Assembly (NCBI GenBank): GCA_964399855.1
Contig: CAYNSF010000002.1
Span: 71,691-135,690, forward strand
From: an uncultured Aureispira sp.
Lineage (GTDB): Bacteria; Bacteroidota; Bacteroidia; Chitinophagales; Saprospiraceae
Length of the DNA stretch: 64,000 bases
Direction: 5' to 3'
Shown: positions 18,892 through 28,059 of the stretch, one piece after another
Layout: each line of letters starts with the position of its first letter
Numbering within the stretch: position 1 is the first letter of the stretch
Notes under the pieces: model-generated
What the model was told of the DNA's origin: nothing
Databases searched by the model: none
What the model saw: the letters and a program-made list of their open reading frames with translations, nothing else
Program-made: the position numbers and the translations under genes

Positions 18892-19054
18892 TAGTGCTCT
18901 GTCAAGATAAAGAACTTAATAAAATGTTGTTCTTTTTCCAAATCTCTACGTTAAAAAGCCTCGCCGAGCCACCTGGTTCGCCTGTGTTTTTTGCCTTGAT
19001 CTTTAAAAAAATAACTTTCATTATAATTTAACTTTTTATATAGACAGCGCAATA
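18892..19054 (+). mobile_element. MITE-like element, copy B (full length)
   Basis: Ends are tagtgctctgtcaagataaag and the reverse complement of ctttttatatagacagcgcaata. Central hairpin at 18965-18980. Aligns with copies A, C and D. Confidence 0.75.
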
Positions 19055-19253
19055 GGATGCAAAGTTACAATAAATTTTTACTTATAGAGGTACAATCTGT
19101 GATACTTTGCAACTGATGATAAGTGGTTCCAAATAGAATATTAAATGGATGTAAGATGAAATTATGTAATCATGCAATGAACTTTCTATTCGTTTTAATG
19201 TTTTAAAATACGATAAACTAATTATTAATTTTACGTTTAAAAATATAAATTTT

Positions 19254-19862
19254 ATGTCATTTGAACTCCCATCATTAGGGTATGAATATGATGCCTTAGA
19301 GCCACATTTTGATGCTCGTACCATGGAAATCCACCATACAAAACATCATCAAGCATATATCAACAACCTTAATAATGCAATTAAAGGAACAGATTTAGAG
19401 AATAGTACTTTAGAATCTATTCTTACCAACTTAGATATGAATAACATGGCTTTACGAAACAATGCTGGTGGGCATTGGAATCACGCTATGTTTTGGAAGA
19501 TAATCAACCCTGAAAATAAAGGCAGACTTTCGGGACCATTGGCCGATGCAATCCAGGCGGCATTTGGTAGCAAGGAAGCATTCGAAGAGAAATTTGCGGC
19601 TGCAGCCATGTCTCGTTTTGGATCTGGTTGGGCGTGGGTTTGCGCACATCCAGACGGTAAGGTTGAAATAAACAGTACACCCAATCAAGATAATCCATTG
19701 ATGCCAGGTGGACAATGTGGAACACCGATCATGGGTCTTGATGTATGGGAACACGCTTATTATCTACATTATCAAAATAGAAGAGCAGACTATATATCAG
19801 CATTCTGGAGCGTATTGAACTGGAATGTAGTCGAAGCTAATTACGAAGCAATAATAAAGTAA
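19254..19862 (+). CDS. Fe/Mn superoxide dismutase (cytoplasmic type)
   Basis: 202 aa. HHTKHHQAY and DVWEHAYY metal-ligand motifs. No signal peptide. Confidence 0.9.
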   Translation: MSFELPSLGYEYDALEPHFDARTMEIHHTKHHQAYINNLNNAIKGTDLENSTLESILTNLDMNNMALRNNAGGHWNHAMFWKIINPENKGRLSGPLADAIQAAFGSKEAFEEKFAAAAMSRFGSGWAWVCAHPDGKVEINSTPNQDNPLMPGGQCGTPIMGLDVWEHAYYLHYQNRRADYISAFWSVLNWNVVEANYEAIIK

Positions 19863-19874
19863 TATTGTGTTGTT

Positions 19875-19915
19875 CATTGAACTATCATTGTCAAATAGGC
19901 GAGGGTAGTTCAATG
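19875..19915 (+). terminator. possible terminator hairpin after the SOD gene
   Basis: cattgaacta / tagttcaatg 10-bp stem with a 21-nt loop, followed by tatatttta. Confidence 0.35.
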
Positions 19916-19943
19916 TATATTTTATACTTTCGGATTCAACAAA

Positions 19944-20642
19944 TCATGGCATTAACGGTCGCAAAGTAATTTGGTCGATTAGTACATTGTCTGGTGTTTT
20001 GAGTATATGAATTATGGTATCTGCGACTTCTACCGGTTTCAACATGTTTGAATTGCTTTTAATGCCGGAATTAACAAAAAAGTCCGTTGCTATTGAGCCG
20101 GGATTGACACAAGTAACTTTTATATTGTCACCTCTAAGTTCCTTAAATAAAGCTTGACTAAAACCATTTACGGCAAATTTTGATGCTGAATATGCAGTGG
20201 CTTCTCCATTAGTCGTCGTACCCATGATGGATCCAATATTGACAATATGGCAGCTGCTATTTTTGATTTTCAATAGAGGAACAAGAGCCGCTGTAATATA
20301 GTACATACCTTTTAGATTCGTGTCTATCATACTCGTCCAAAGTTCCATTGACATATCATCGATTTTACCGAAACCACCCATGCCCGCATTATTGATAAGT
20401 ATATCAGGAATTTGCTGCTGAAAAGTATCTTTAATCCATTCTTGAATATACTGACTGTCTGTAACATCAAGAACAACTGGAATGAAATTCCCTCCTAATT
20501 CATGTTGCAATTCTATAAGTTTCTCTTTATTCCTTGCTATACCGTACACGATTCCTTCTTCACGTATGATCGCTTTGGACAATGCTCTGCCAAGTCCACT
20601 GCTCGCGCCTGTAATTATCGCTATTTTTAATTTTAAATCCAT
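19944..20642 (-). CDS. SDR-family oxidoreductase
   Basis: 232 aa. TGASSGLG and YSASK motifs. Confidence 0.8.
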   Translation of the reverse strand: MDLKLKIAIITGASSGLGRALSKAIIREEGIVYGIARNKEKLIELQHELGGNFIPVVLDVTDSQYIQEWIKDTFQQQIPDILINNAGMGGFGKIDDMSMELWTSMIDTNLKGMYYITAALVPLLKIKNSSCHIVNIGSIMGTTTNGEATAYSASKFAVNGFSQALFKELRGDNIKVTCVNPGSIATDFFVNSGIKSNSNMLKPVEVADTIIHILKTPDNVLIDQITLRPLMP

Positions 20643-20664
20643 AATTTACTTTTAGATAGGATGA

Positions 20665-21375
20665 TTAATCTTCAAGGGTGTCTGATGTTTTATATAAGGA
20701 AAATGTTTTTCCTGTCTTGTCTTTCCAGATAAGTGCATCATTTTCCTTAATATAGTACGCTTCATTTTCATTGATAAATGTGAAAGAACCTTCTACTTGA
20801 GTGTAAGTAAACCAATTGAGTTCATCGGTAAACCTTGCTTTGATACCTTCTCGAGTTTCCGTTATGAATACTTTTTTGTCCATGCCTTTCACAGCCCAAG
20901 TTCCCTCCATTTTGTCGTGATTTATATCTTTGATAGGAATTATTTCTTTATCAGATTTTTTTGATACAGATGAAGGTTTGATGGTGGTTTTATTGTCCTG
21001 AATGGTAGATGAATGTTGTTTATTAGAATCGCTGTTTAAATCAGGATTTTGGACGGTACTTGTATGTTGTTGCGGTATTGATAAAAATGTGAGTTTAGCC
21101 CTATTCCTTCTATCACTAAATACTAACTGGTCGTTGATCAGGCGTATAGAATTCCCTTTATTATCTTTAAATACATTGTTTCTCTGTCTTTTGAACCAAG
21201 CAATGTTATTCTTTTGGTACAAGCCCTTTACTTCCATGCCATTGTTGAAATATTCTGTATAAATGGTAATACCTGTATGAGTATTGTGCCAAACCTCAAT
21301 GGGTCCAGCGTATAAGTGTGATATTCCAATTACAAACCAGAATATAATGCTAATGGTGGGAATCCCTGCTTTCAT
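20665..21375 (-). CDS. hypothetical exported protein
   Basis: 236 aa with an N-terminal hydrophobic segment. Two beta-rich halves joined by a Ser/Thr/Gln-rich linker. No motif recognised. Confidence 0.5.
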   Translation of the reverse strand: MKAGIPTISIIFWFVIGISHLYAGPIEVWHNTHTGITIYTEYFNNGMEVKGLYQKNNIAWFKRQRNNVFKDNKGNSIRLINDQLVFSDRRNRAKLTFLSIPQQHTSTVQNPDLNSDSNKQHSSTIQDNKTTIKPSSVSKKSDKEIIPIKDINHDKMEGTWAVKGMDKKVFITETREGIKARFTDELNWFTYTQVEGSFTFINENEAYYIKENDALIWKDKTGKTFSLYKTSDTLED

Positions 21376-21596
21376 ATCTTACTGTGTTTTATTTAAAGAC
21401 CAAAATACAGCATGGATTGTTGTTAATTTTATGGTAATTTTAATCTAAGACATCATTAAAGCGTAAAATCGCAGTCGGAAATAAGAAACTATTATCAATT
21501 TGAAATAAGTATAATAAACATAAATAAACTTTTCGTTTTCATTGTATGAGAATTAGTTTGTTAAGACTATGTTTAAAATTTTATGTTTAGCGAAAG

Positions 21597-22136
21597 TTAT
21601 TTTTCATTAAATAGTCTTTTTAAGTTATTCTCATATTGACCATTCACATCTATTCTTGTAATGTCGTTGAGAGATAAAAGTATAAACCTTCTGTCCAAAG
21701 AAGATTTTGTTCCAAATTCGTTAATAACAATTGAATTTTCGTCTATTTCGTGAATTTGTCCTATGAAACAAACGCTTTTGTCAATATCCTGAATATGAAC
21801 CGTTAGATGATTATAAAGTTTGTCTACATTTTCTAAAATTGTATTAATAGAAGTTAAGTCGATATTTATCATGATTTTTGGTCTTTTTGTCGGGTCAATA
21901 AGTTTTGATACACTTTCAATGTCATTTCCAGACCACCTGACTCTTGTAATGTTATGCCGTTGGAAAATTGATAAGCCGTCATAATTACAGTCATCATCAA
22001 ATTTTTCGATTAGTAAAAATTCGTCATTAAAATCCAAGATAAAACCATAGTCAGATTCGTCATAATGGTCAGTATAGATGTGTGCTAAAATGTTTTCGCT
22101 TTTTAGTTTTTGTAAATATTTTGTATTCAAGTCCAT
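21597..22136 (-). CDS. hypothetical acidic cytoplasmic protein
   Basis: 179-aa ORF with no signal peptide and no motif recognised. Confidence 0.5.
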   Translation of the reverse strand: MDLNTKYLQKLKSENILAHIYTDHYDESDYGFILDFNDEFLLIEKFDDDCNYDGLSIFQRHNITRVRWSGNDIESVSKLIDPTKRPKIMINIDLTSINTILENVDKLYNHLTVHIQDIDKSVCFIGQIHEIDENSIVINEFGTKSSLDRRFILLSLNDITRIDVNGQYENNLKRLFNEK

Positions 22137-22189
22137 CGTTTTGTCATTTGAAATTTTGCTGGTAAATAATTATTGCTATCTTAATATTT

Positions 22190-22225
22190 AAAAAAAGGTA
22201 GAATGGAATGTTTTTCCATTCTACC
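22190..22225 (-). terminator. intrinsic terminator of the etfBA operon
   Basis: On the minus strand: ggtagaatggaa-aaaca-ttccattctacc (12-bp stem) followed by ttttttt. Confidence 0.8.
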
Positions 22226-22262
22226 CTAAATCAATTATCTAACAATTTTCAAATTTCCTACC

Positions 22263-23222
22263 TTACTGTTGCTTGTACCGCTTAACTGCTTCCGTTAGTT
22301 TTGGTACGATATCAAATAAATCTCCAACTACACCATAATCGGCTGCTTTGAAGAAAGGTGCTTCAGGGTCTTTATTAATGACTACGATCACTTTACTGTT
22401 ATTTACACCTGCAAGGTGTTGTATAGCTCCAGATATACCTGCTGCGATATACAAGTTTGGTCGGATCGCAACCCCCGTTTGTCCTACGTGCTCGTGATGT
22501 GGTCTCCAGTCTGCATCGGCTACTGGTCTTGAACATGCTGTAGCAGCACCCAAAGCTGAAGCCAAATCTTCGATTATAGCCCAGTTTTCGGGGCCTTTCA
22601 TACCACGACCTGCTGATACGACCAATTCCGCTTCTGGAAGTGGAACACCGCCTTCTTCGGCTTTTACCTCAATCACTTTGACCTTTGGTTGACCTAAGTC
22701 TATAGTCAAGTTATCAACAGCTATATCGCTTCCGGATTTGATCGGCTGAATACTATTGCCCATAACGGTTATGACCTTATCGGTTGTGTTGATGCCAAAA
22801 GTCGCTGTCGCCTTTCCAGAATAAACTGATTTTGTTAAAGCCAATCCATTGCTCGTATCTGGAAGTGCATTGACTCCAGAGATACATCCAGCATTCAATC
22901 TAATAGCCAAACGACCTGCTATGGATTTTCCATTGGCCGTATGTGACAAAATCAAGGTGTTTGAACCATTGGATTTGTAGAGATCTGCAAGTATTTTGGT
23001 GTTAACCTGCGAATCAAAACTTACATTATCATTACTATTAACGTGGATGACTTTTGAGATGCCATATTGTCCAAGGCTTCCAGCATTATCTGCTTTACCT
23101 ATGACCACTGCTATGGCAGAAGTTTGCATCGATTCTGCAACTTTCGCAGCATAAGATGCCACTTCGTATCCAGATTTTTTAAATTGTCCACCTGGAGATT
23201 CTATATATGCTAATATTGACAT
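22263..23222 (-). CDS. etfA: electron transfer flavoprotein subunit alpha
   Basis: 319 aa. The C-terminal FAD-binding region (PNLYIAAGISGAIQHLAGV...VINKDPEAPFF) is typical of EtfA. Lies downstream of etfB. Confidence 0.9.
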   Translation of the reverse strand: MSILAYIESPGGQFKKSGYEVASYAAKVAESMQTSAIAVVIGKADNAGSLGQYGISKVIHVNSNDNVSFDSQVNTKILADLYKSNGSNTLILSHTANGKSIAGRLAIRLNAGCISGVNALPDTSNGLALTKSVYSGKATATFGINTTDKVITVMGNSIQPIKSGSDIAVDNLTIDLGQPKVKVIEVKAEEGGVPLPEAELVVSAGRGMKGPENWAIIEDLASALGAATACSRPVADADWRPHHEHVGQTGVAIRPNLYIAAGISGAIQHLAGVNNSKVIVVINKDPEAPFFKAADYGVVGDLFDIVPKLTEAVKRYKQQ

Positions 23223-23250
23223 TTTCTATCTTTTTTAGTTGAATGATCTA

Positions 23251-23991
23251 TTAAATTACTTTAGCTTCTTCATGTAATAATCTTACAAGTTCGTCCATAT
23301 TTTCAGGGTCAATTAACTTAACGCCTGCTTTTGCTGGTGGAACTGTATATTTTATAGTGTGAACTCTTGCATCAGCACTTACAGGTGACACAACGTTCAA
23401 TGGTTTACTTTTGGCCATCATGATTCCTTTCATGTTTGGGATACGTTGTTCTGCAAGCCCTTTAGCAGCTGAAAGCACCAATGATCCCTCAATCTGGTTA
23501 ACCTCCTCTCCGCCTTCCAACTCTCTTGTAATAGTAGATGTATTGCCACTAACCTCAATCTTACTAACATAAGAAGCATAAGGTAAATCAAGCAATTCGG
23601 CAACCATAGCGCCAACTTCAGATCCGTTATAGTCAATCGTTTCTTTTCCTAAAAAAATCATGTCATACGTTTTGGTTTTGGCATGAGCTGCAATATTGGC
23701 TGCAACAACATAGGAATCTTGAGCATCGATATCTACACGTACTGCATCTGTTGCGCCTATAGCAAGCGCTTTTCTTATAATGATGTCATTTGCAGCAGGA
23801 CCAACATTGATTACCGTAACAGAACCACCATTTTGTTCAGTTAATTCTAATGCCCTTACTAAGGCATACCATTCATCATAAGGATTCATAATAAAGGTCA
23901 CACCGTCAGCGTTATACTCTGTATCATTTGAAGTAAATGATATCTTTGCTGTAGTATCGGGTGTTTTACTTATACAAACTAAAATATTCAT
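23251..23991 (-). CDS. etfB: electron transfer flavoprotein subunit beta
   Basis: 246 aa. MNILVCISKTPDTTAKI start and MNPYDEWALVRALE-type segment are typical of EtfB. Confidence 0.9.
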   Translation of the reverse strand: MNILVCISKTPDTTAKISFTSNDTEYNADGVTFIMNPYDEWYALVRALELTEQNGGSVTVINVGPAANDIIIRKALAIGATDAVRVDIDAQDSYVVAANIAAHAKTKTYDMIFLGKETIDYNGSEVGAMVAELLDLPYASYVSKIEVSGNTSTITRELEGGEEVNQIEGSLVLSAAKGLAEQRIPNMKGIMMAKSKPLNVVSPVSADARVHTIKYTVPPAKAGVKLIDPENMDELVRLLHEEAKVI

Positions 23992-24130
23992 AAGCTAAGA
24001 ATTATTTTTCGTATTTTAACAATATGTACTTATACTTGTTTAATGAATACGACCAAAAAGTGGTCAATATTATTAAAATTGTCACAAAGATAAGTTCTTT
24101 TTATATAAAAATTAAACTCTGAGTTAAAAA

Positions 24131-24454
24131 ATGAGTACTGATAGATTAAATTCTTTACTTCAAATGTATGAGCAGCAACCGAATGATAGCTTTATCAAGT
24201 TCGCCATCGCTAAGGAATATGAAAATGCAGAAAATATATCTGAAGCTTTAAAATATTATAATGATCTCAAGCATCATGATCCTGACTATGTAGGTCTGTA
24301 CTATCATCTTGCCAAGTTGTATGAGGTCATGGACAATGAGTCAGAAGCTATGGTTATCTATAATCAAGGTATCGAAGTAGCCAAAAAACTGAAAGATTTT
24401 CATGCCTTGTCTGAGCTAAATAGCGCTAGAACAAATTTGGAAATGGGACTTTAG
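24131..24454 (+). CDS. small tetratricopeptide-repeat protein
   Basis: 107 aa. TPR-like helices (AIAKEYENAENISEALKYYNDL, YYHLAKLYEVMDNESEAMVIYNQGIEVA). Confidence 0.6.
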   Translation: MSTDRLNSLLQMYEQQPNDSFIKFAIAKEYENAENISEALKYYNDLKHHDPDYVGLYYHLAKLYEVMDNESEAMVIYNQGIEVAKKLKDFHALSELNSARTNLEMGL

Positions 24455-24712
24455 TTAGTTGAAAGGTGAAAGTGGAAAATTGACAGATGACTTTAGTTAG
24501 TTGAAAGATGACAGATGACAGTGAAATTATGAGTTATGAATGATGAAATGTGAATGATGAAATGCGAATGAAGGCTAATAGAAAAAAAAACATCAACCAT
24601 CAACCGACAACCGACAACCAACAACCAACACCAACAACATCAACCGACAACCGACAACCAACAACCAACAACCAACAACCAACAACCAAACTGTCAACTA
24701 TCATCTATCAAC
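24447..24712. repeat. strand-asymmetric low-complexity module (G/A/T words, A9, C/A/T words)
   Basis: 24447-24580 is built from tgaaag/tgacag/tgaatg words, with a 19-bp direct repeat gactttagttagttgaaag at 24447 and 24489. A9 run at 24582-24590. 24591-24712 is caacc[ga]acaac-type repeats with about 5 G in about 120 nt. Confidence 0.85.
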
Positions 24713-25459
24713 CGTCTTCTTCCACCAAGCACATACTATCCCTGTTGCAATGGCGACATTGAGAGAATCAGCTGCTCTATTTGCAGATCCCGGTATGCTG
24801 ATCTTCTGGGAAATGTATGGTTCGTGTTCGGGACGGATGCCTTTACCTTCGTTGCCCATGACGAGTATGGCATTTTGAGGGATGGACACCTGTTGAAGGG
24901 CGGTTTCGTCCATGTAAGTGCCTACAAAAGTTCTATTATAGCCGATCAATTCTGGTAGTTTTGCTGTGATTAGCCGTACATTTGTCATACTACCCATATT
25001 AGATTGCACAACTTTGGGATTGAAAAAATCGGCCGACTCTGGCGACCTGATGACAGCTTGTATGCCAAACCAATCCGCTATCCGGATGATCGTACCCATA
25101 TTGCCTGGGTCTTGGACATCGTCAAGATAGATAGCAGATATATTTTCATCGGCAAGGATATCGTGGCTTTCCTCTTTCTTTTCAACGACCATGAAGATAT
25201 CTGACGGTGTTTTTAAAGCAGATATCTGTGCCATTTCTTTTTCGGTTATTATTTCAGGATGATAACGTGCAAAACCATGAATATGCTGATACTTATTAAA
25301 ACCATTTTCCGTAAGAAAGAGCGATTCAATATTAAAATTATCCTTTTTTATGAATTCTATGCACACTTTCCCGCTTTCAACCACGAATTTATTATAAATT
25401 TGCCTGAATTTTTGCAAATGAAGCGATCTTATCTCTTTTATTTTTGCTTTAGATATCAC
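24701..25459 (-). CDS. TrmH/SpoU-family RNA 2'-O-methyltransferase
   Basis: 252 aa. The C-terminal SpoU methylase pattern (DPGNMGTIIRIADWFG, LVMGNEGKGI, SLNVAIATGI). Confidence 0.8.
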   Translation of the reverse strand: MISKAKIKEIRSLHLQKFRQIYNKFVVESGKVCIEFIKKDNFNIESLFLTENGFNKYQHIHGFARYHPEIITEKEMAQISALKTPSDIFMVVEKKEESHDILADENISAIYLDDVQDPGNMGTIIRIADWFGIQAVIRSPESADFFNPKVVQSNMGSMTNVRLITAKLPELIGYNRTFVGTYMDETALQQVSIPQNAILVMGNEGKGIRPEHEPYISQKISIPGSANRAADSLNVAIATGIVCAWWKKTVDR

Positions 25460-25474
25460 ACTAATCTCTATTAA

Positions 25475-27883
25475 ATGTTAATGACAGACAGATTTAAAAT
25501 CAAGGTTCATTACTTGGCAAGCATTGTCGGGCTTTTAGTCCTATTAAGTTCATGCAACACGCCAAAGTATCTTGCACCTGATCAAGCACTGTTAAAAAAT
25601 ACAAAGATAATATTTAAAACTAAAAGCAATGAAAAAAGTGATCCGAAGCTAAAGGATGAGTTACAGCCTTTTATCACGCTCCAACCCAATCATAAACTCA
25701 TGTTTTTAATTCCAAAGGAATATTTGTACGTTAAAAATACAGGGACCAATAAGGATAAATGGCATCATAAAGCGATACGTAGTATAGGAGAACCACCGGC
25801 TTTGTTCGATGAAACGGAAGCTAAAGAAATAGCACGCAACATGGAGAACTATCTCAAGTATAAAAAGGGATACTATGATGCTATAGTCGATTTTTTTACA
25901 GAGGAAAAGCAATATGGATGGGTATCTTCCTCTGACAATGATGTATGGAGCGAAACGGTGCTTAATTTTGTCATTTCGCCAGGTCAAAGATACAAAGTTA
26001 AAAATATCACTTACGAATCCCGAGACGCAAATGTGCTAGCATTTATCAATGAAAGGCAACAGGACGCATTGATTAAACCTGGTGACTACATTGATTACAA
26101 CACTTTTGAAATAGAGAAAAGCCGCTTAGTCGTTGATTTACAAAATAATGGTTTTGTCAATTTTTCTAATAATTACTTCGAAATATCAGGAGACAGCTCT
26201 AAGATCAATAAAGAGGTTGATATATATATAGAAGTTCGTGAGCCATTGCCAGATACGCTGCATCGCAGGTTTCGGGCGGGAGATATCAGGGTTTATACAG
26301 ACTACTATAAAGACCAGCAACCGGATCGTTTGACACAAGACACTGTTAACCAATCCATTTATTACAAACAATCCAAAGAGTATATCGTTCGTAAAGAGAT
26401 TCTTGATAATGCCATATATCTAAGGTCAGGGAAACTGATCAGCCGTGAAGACAGACAGAAGACATTCCGAAAGTTAAACGGACTTGGTACATATCGTTTC
26501 GTCACGATCAATGCCATTCCTGACAAAGATATAGATACCTTGATGCATTATGATATACAGCTTGCGCCTTTTCCCAAAAAGTGGATTTGGGACGGTGGTT
26601 TACAAGGCTACTTTAGCACTTTGGGTGCTGCACGGCTGTTTGGATTGTCGTTGTCATCACAATTTGTCAACAGAAACTTACTTGGTGGCTCGGAAAAATA
26701 TACATTAAGAGCAGAAATAGGAACAGAATTGGGATATGATCGAGGTAAGGGATTTGTACAACGAACGAATAACTTGATACTACAAAACAATCTGACGATT
26801 CCTTCGTTTCAAGATTTCTTAGGATTTGGAAAGATTGTAAACAAGATCGGTATTATCAAAGATAATTTTTTTCTAGATTTTCAAGAGAGTTGTAGCACGA
26901 ATATTACATTGGGTTTTAGTTCCAACAATATCATCAATTTATACTCACTTAGTTCTTTCAATATGACCTATGGCTTTGACTATACATCGCCGACAAACAA
27001 TCGATACATATTCCGTCCATTGGCATTTAATCTTGATTTATATACGATACATGATGCTTCAAGATTTGCAAGAAATCCTTTAGTTCTATTGTCATTTCAA
27101 GACAATCTGGGTACAGGATTTTTATTTAGGGATTTGACGTATATTTATAATAGCAACAAACTGCCAGGTGGTCACTCATTTTTGTTAATCAATAATTTTG
27201 AGGTCTCAGGTTGGGAAGTACATTTGGCCAATCAGGTATATAATAAAGTACTTAACAAAACATCGACTTGGAATCTTGGCGATAAGCGGTTTGCCAAGTA
27301 TGTTAGATACGAATTAGATGCAAGGTACAATAAAGAATATTCTAAAAATGAAAGCTTGGCGGCTCGATTAAATATCGGTAGTATTGTCGCATTTGGAGAA
27401 AATCGTGCAGCGCCATTTGTACGACAGTTCGGTGTCGGTGGACCTAATAGTCTAAGGGCATGGAATATTAAACAACCTGGTCCGGGAGGATATAGAGAAC
27501 AACTGAGTAAATTGGAAGTGCCTCAAACCATTTATGCCAATCAAGGTGATCTCAAACTCGAAATGAACCTCGAGTATAGGTTTAAAATGTTTTATTTTGT
27601 AGACGGATCGCTATTCTTAGATGCCGGCAATGTCTGGCTGTTAAGTAAGGATGTCGAACGACCGGGAGCTGAGATTTCTAAGCGATTTATGGATCAGATA
27701 GCCGTTGGTACAGGTTATGGTATTCGTTTCAACTTTAATTTCTTTATTATCCGCTTTGATTTTGGATATAAATTGAGAAGCCCTTTTAAAGACGAATTTA
27801 CAGGTAGAAACTGGTACACACTCAAGGAAGTCCGACAGCAAGGCCTCGGAAATGTACAAGTAGCCGTGAATTATCCTTTTTAA
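25475..27883 (+). CDS. Omp85-family outer-membrane protein (BamA/TamA-like, bacterial surface antigen domain)
   Basis: 802 aa. Lipoprotein-like signal LLSSC. The C-terminal beta-barrel ends VAVNYPF. GGPNSLRAW motif is typical of the surface-antigen domain. Confidence 0.7.
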   Translation: MLMTDRFKIKVHYLASIVGLLVLLSSCNTPKYLAPDQALLKNTKIIFKTKSNEKSDPKLKDELQPFITLQPNHKLMFLIPKEYLYVKNTGTNKDKWHHKAIRSIGEPPALFDETEAKEIARNMENYLKYKKGYYDAIVDFFTEEKQYGWVSSSDNDVWSETVLNFVISPGQRYKVKNITYESRDANVLAFINERQQDALIKPGDYIDYNTFEIEKSRLVVDLQNNGFVNFSNNYFEISGDSSKINKEVDIYIEVREPLPDTLHRRFRAGDIRVYTDYYKDQQPDRLTQDTVNQSIYYKQSKEYIVRKEILDNAIYLRSGKLISREDRQKTFRKLNGLGTYRFVTINAIPDKDIDTLMHYDIQLAPFPKKWIWDGGLQGYFSTLGAARLFGLSLSSQFVNRNLLGGSEKYTLRAEIGTELGYDRGKGFVQRTNNLILQNNLTIPSFQDFLGFGKIVNKIGIIKDNFFLDFQESCSTNITLGFSSNNIINLYSLSSFNMTYGFDYTSPTNNRYIFRPLAFNLDLYTIHDASRFARNPLVLLSFQDNLGTGFLFRDLTYIYNSNKLPGGHSFLLINNFEVSGWEVHLANQVYNKVLNKTSTWNLGDKRFAKYVRYELDARYNKEYSKNESLAARLNIGSIVAFGENRAAPFVRQFGVGGPNSLRAWNIKQPGPGGYREQLSKLEVPQTIYANQGDLKLEMNLEYRFKMFYFVDGSLFLDAGNVWLLSKDVERPGAEISKRFMDQIAVGTGYGIRFNFNFFIIRFDFGYKLRSPFKDEFTGRNWYTLKEVRQQGLGNVQVAVNYPF

Positions 27884-27975
27884 AGACCGCATTTAAAACA
27901 AATAGCTCTAAAATGTGTTGAATAAAATAATAAATACATCGGTAATAAAATTAAAAATTAAATCAATTTAGCTAT

Positions 27976-28042
27976 CAACCGACAACCGACAACCGACAAC
28001 TAATAATAACCATTAACCATTTACAATTAACCATTTACAATT
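27976..28042. repeat. C-rich/G-poor word repeats (caaccgacaac x3, then aaccatttacaatt x2)
   Basis: Read directly from the sequence. Shares the caaccgacaac word with 24601-24660. Confidence 0.8.
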
Positions 28043-28059
28043 AAAAATAAGTATTAAAA

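Noticed and set aside
18965-18980. tRNA fragment (ggttcg resembles a T-arm)
   Set aside because: No acceptor stem, D-arm or anticodon arm can be drawn. The segment is the central hairpin of the MITE, and it covaries as a simple stem-loop.
24550-24762. 70-aa ORF rich in QPTT/DNQQPT repeats
   Set aside because: It is a translation of the caaccgacaac low-complexity repeat. It overlaps the 3' end of the TrmH-like gene on the other strand and has no start context, so it is spurious.
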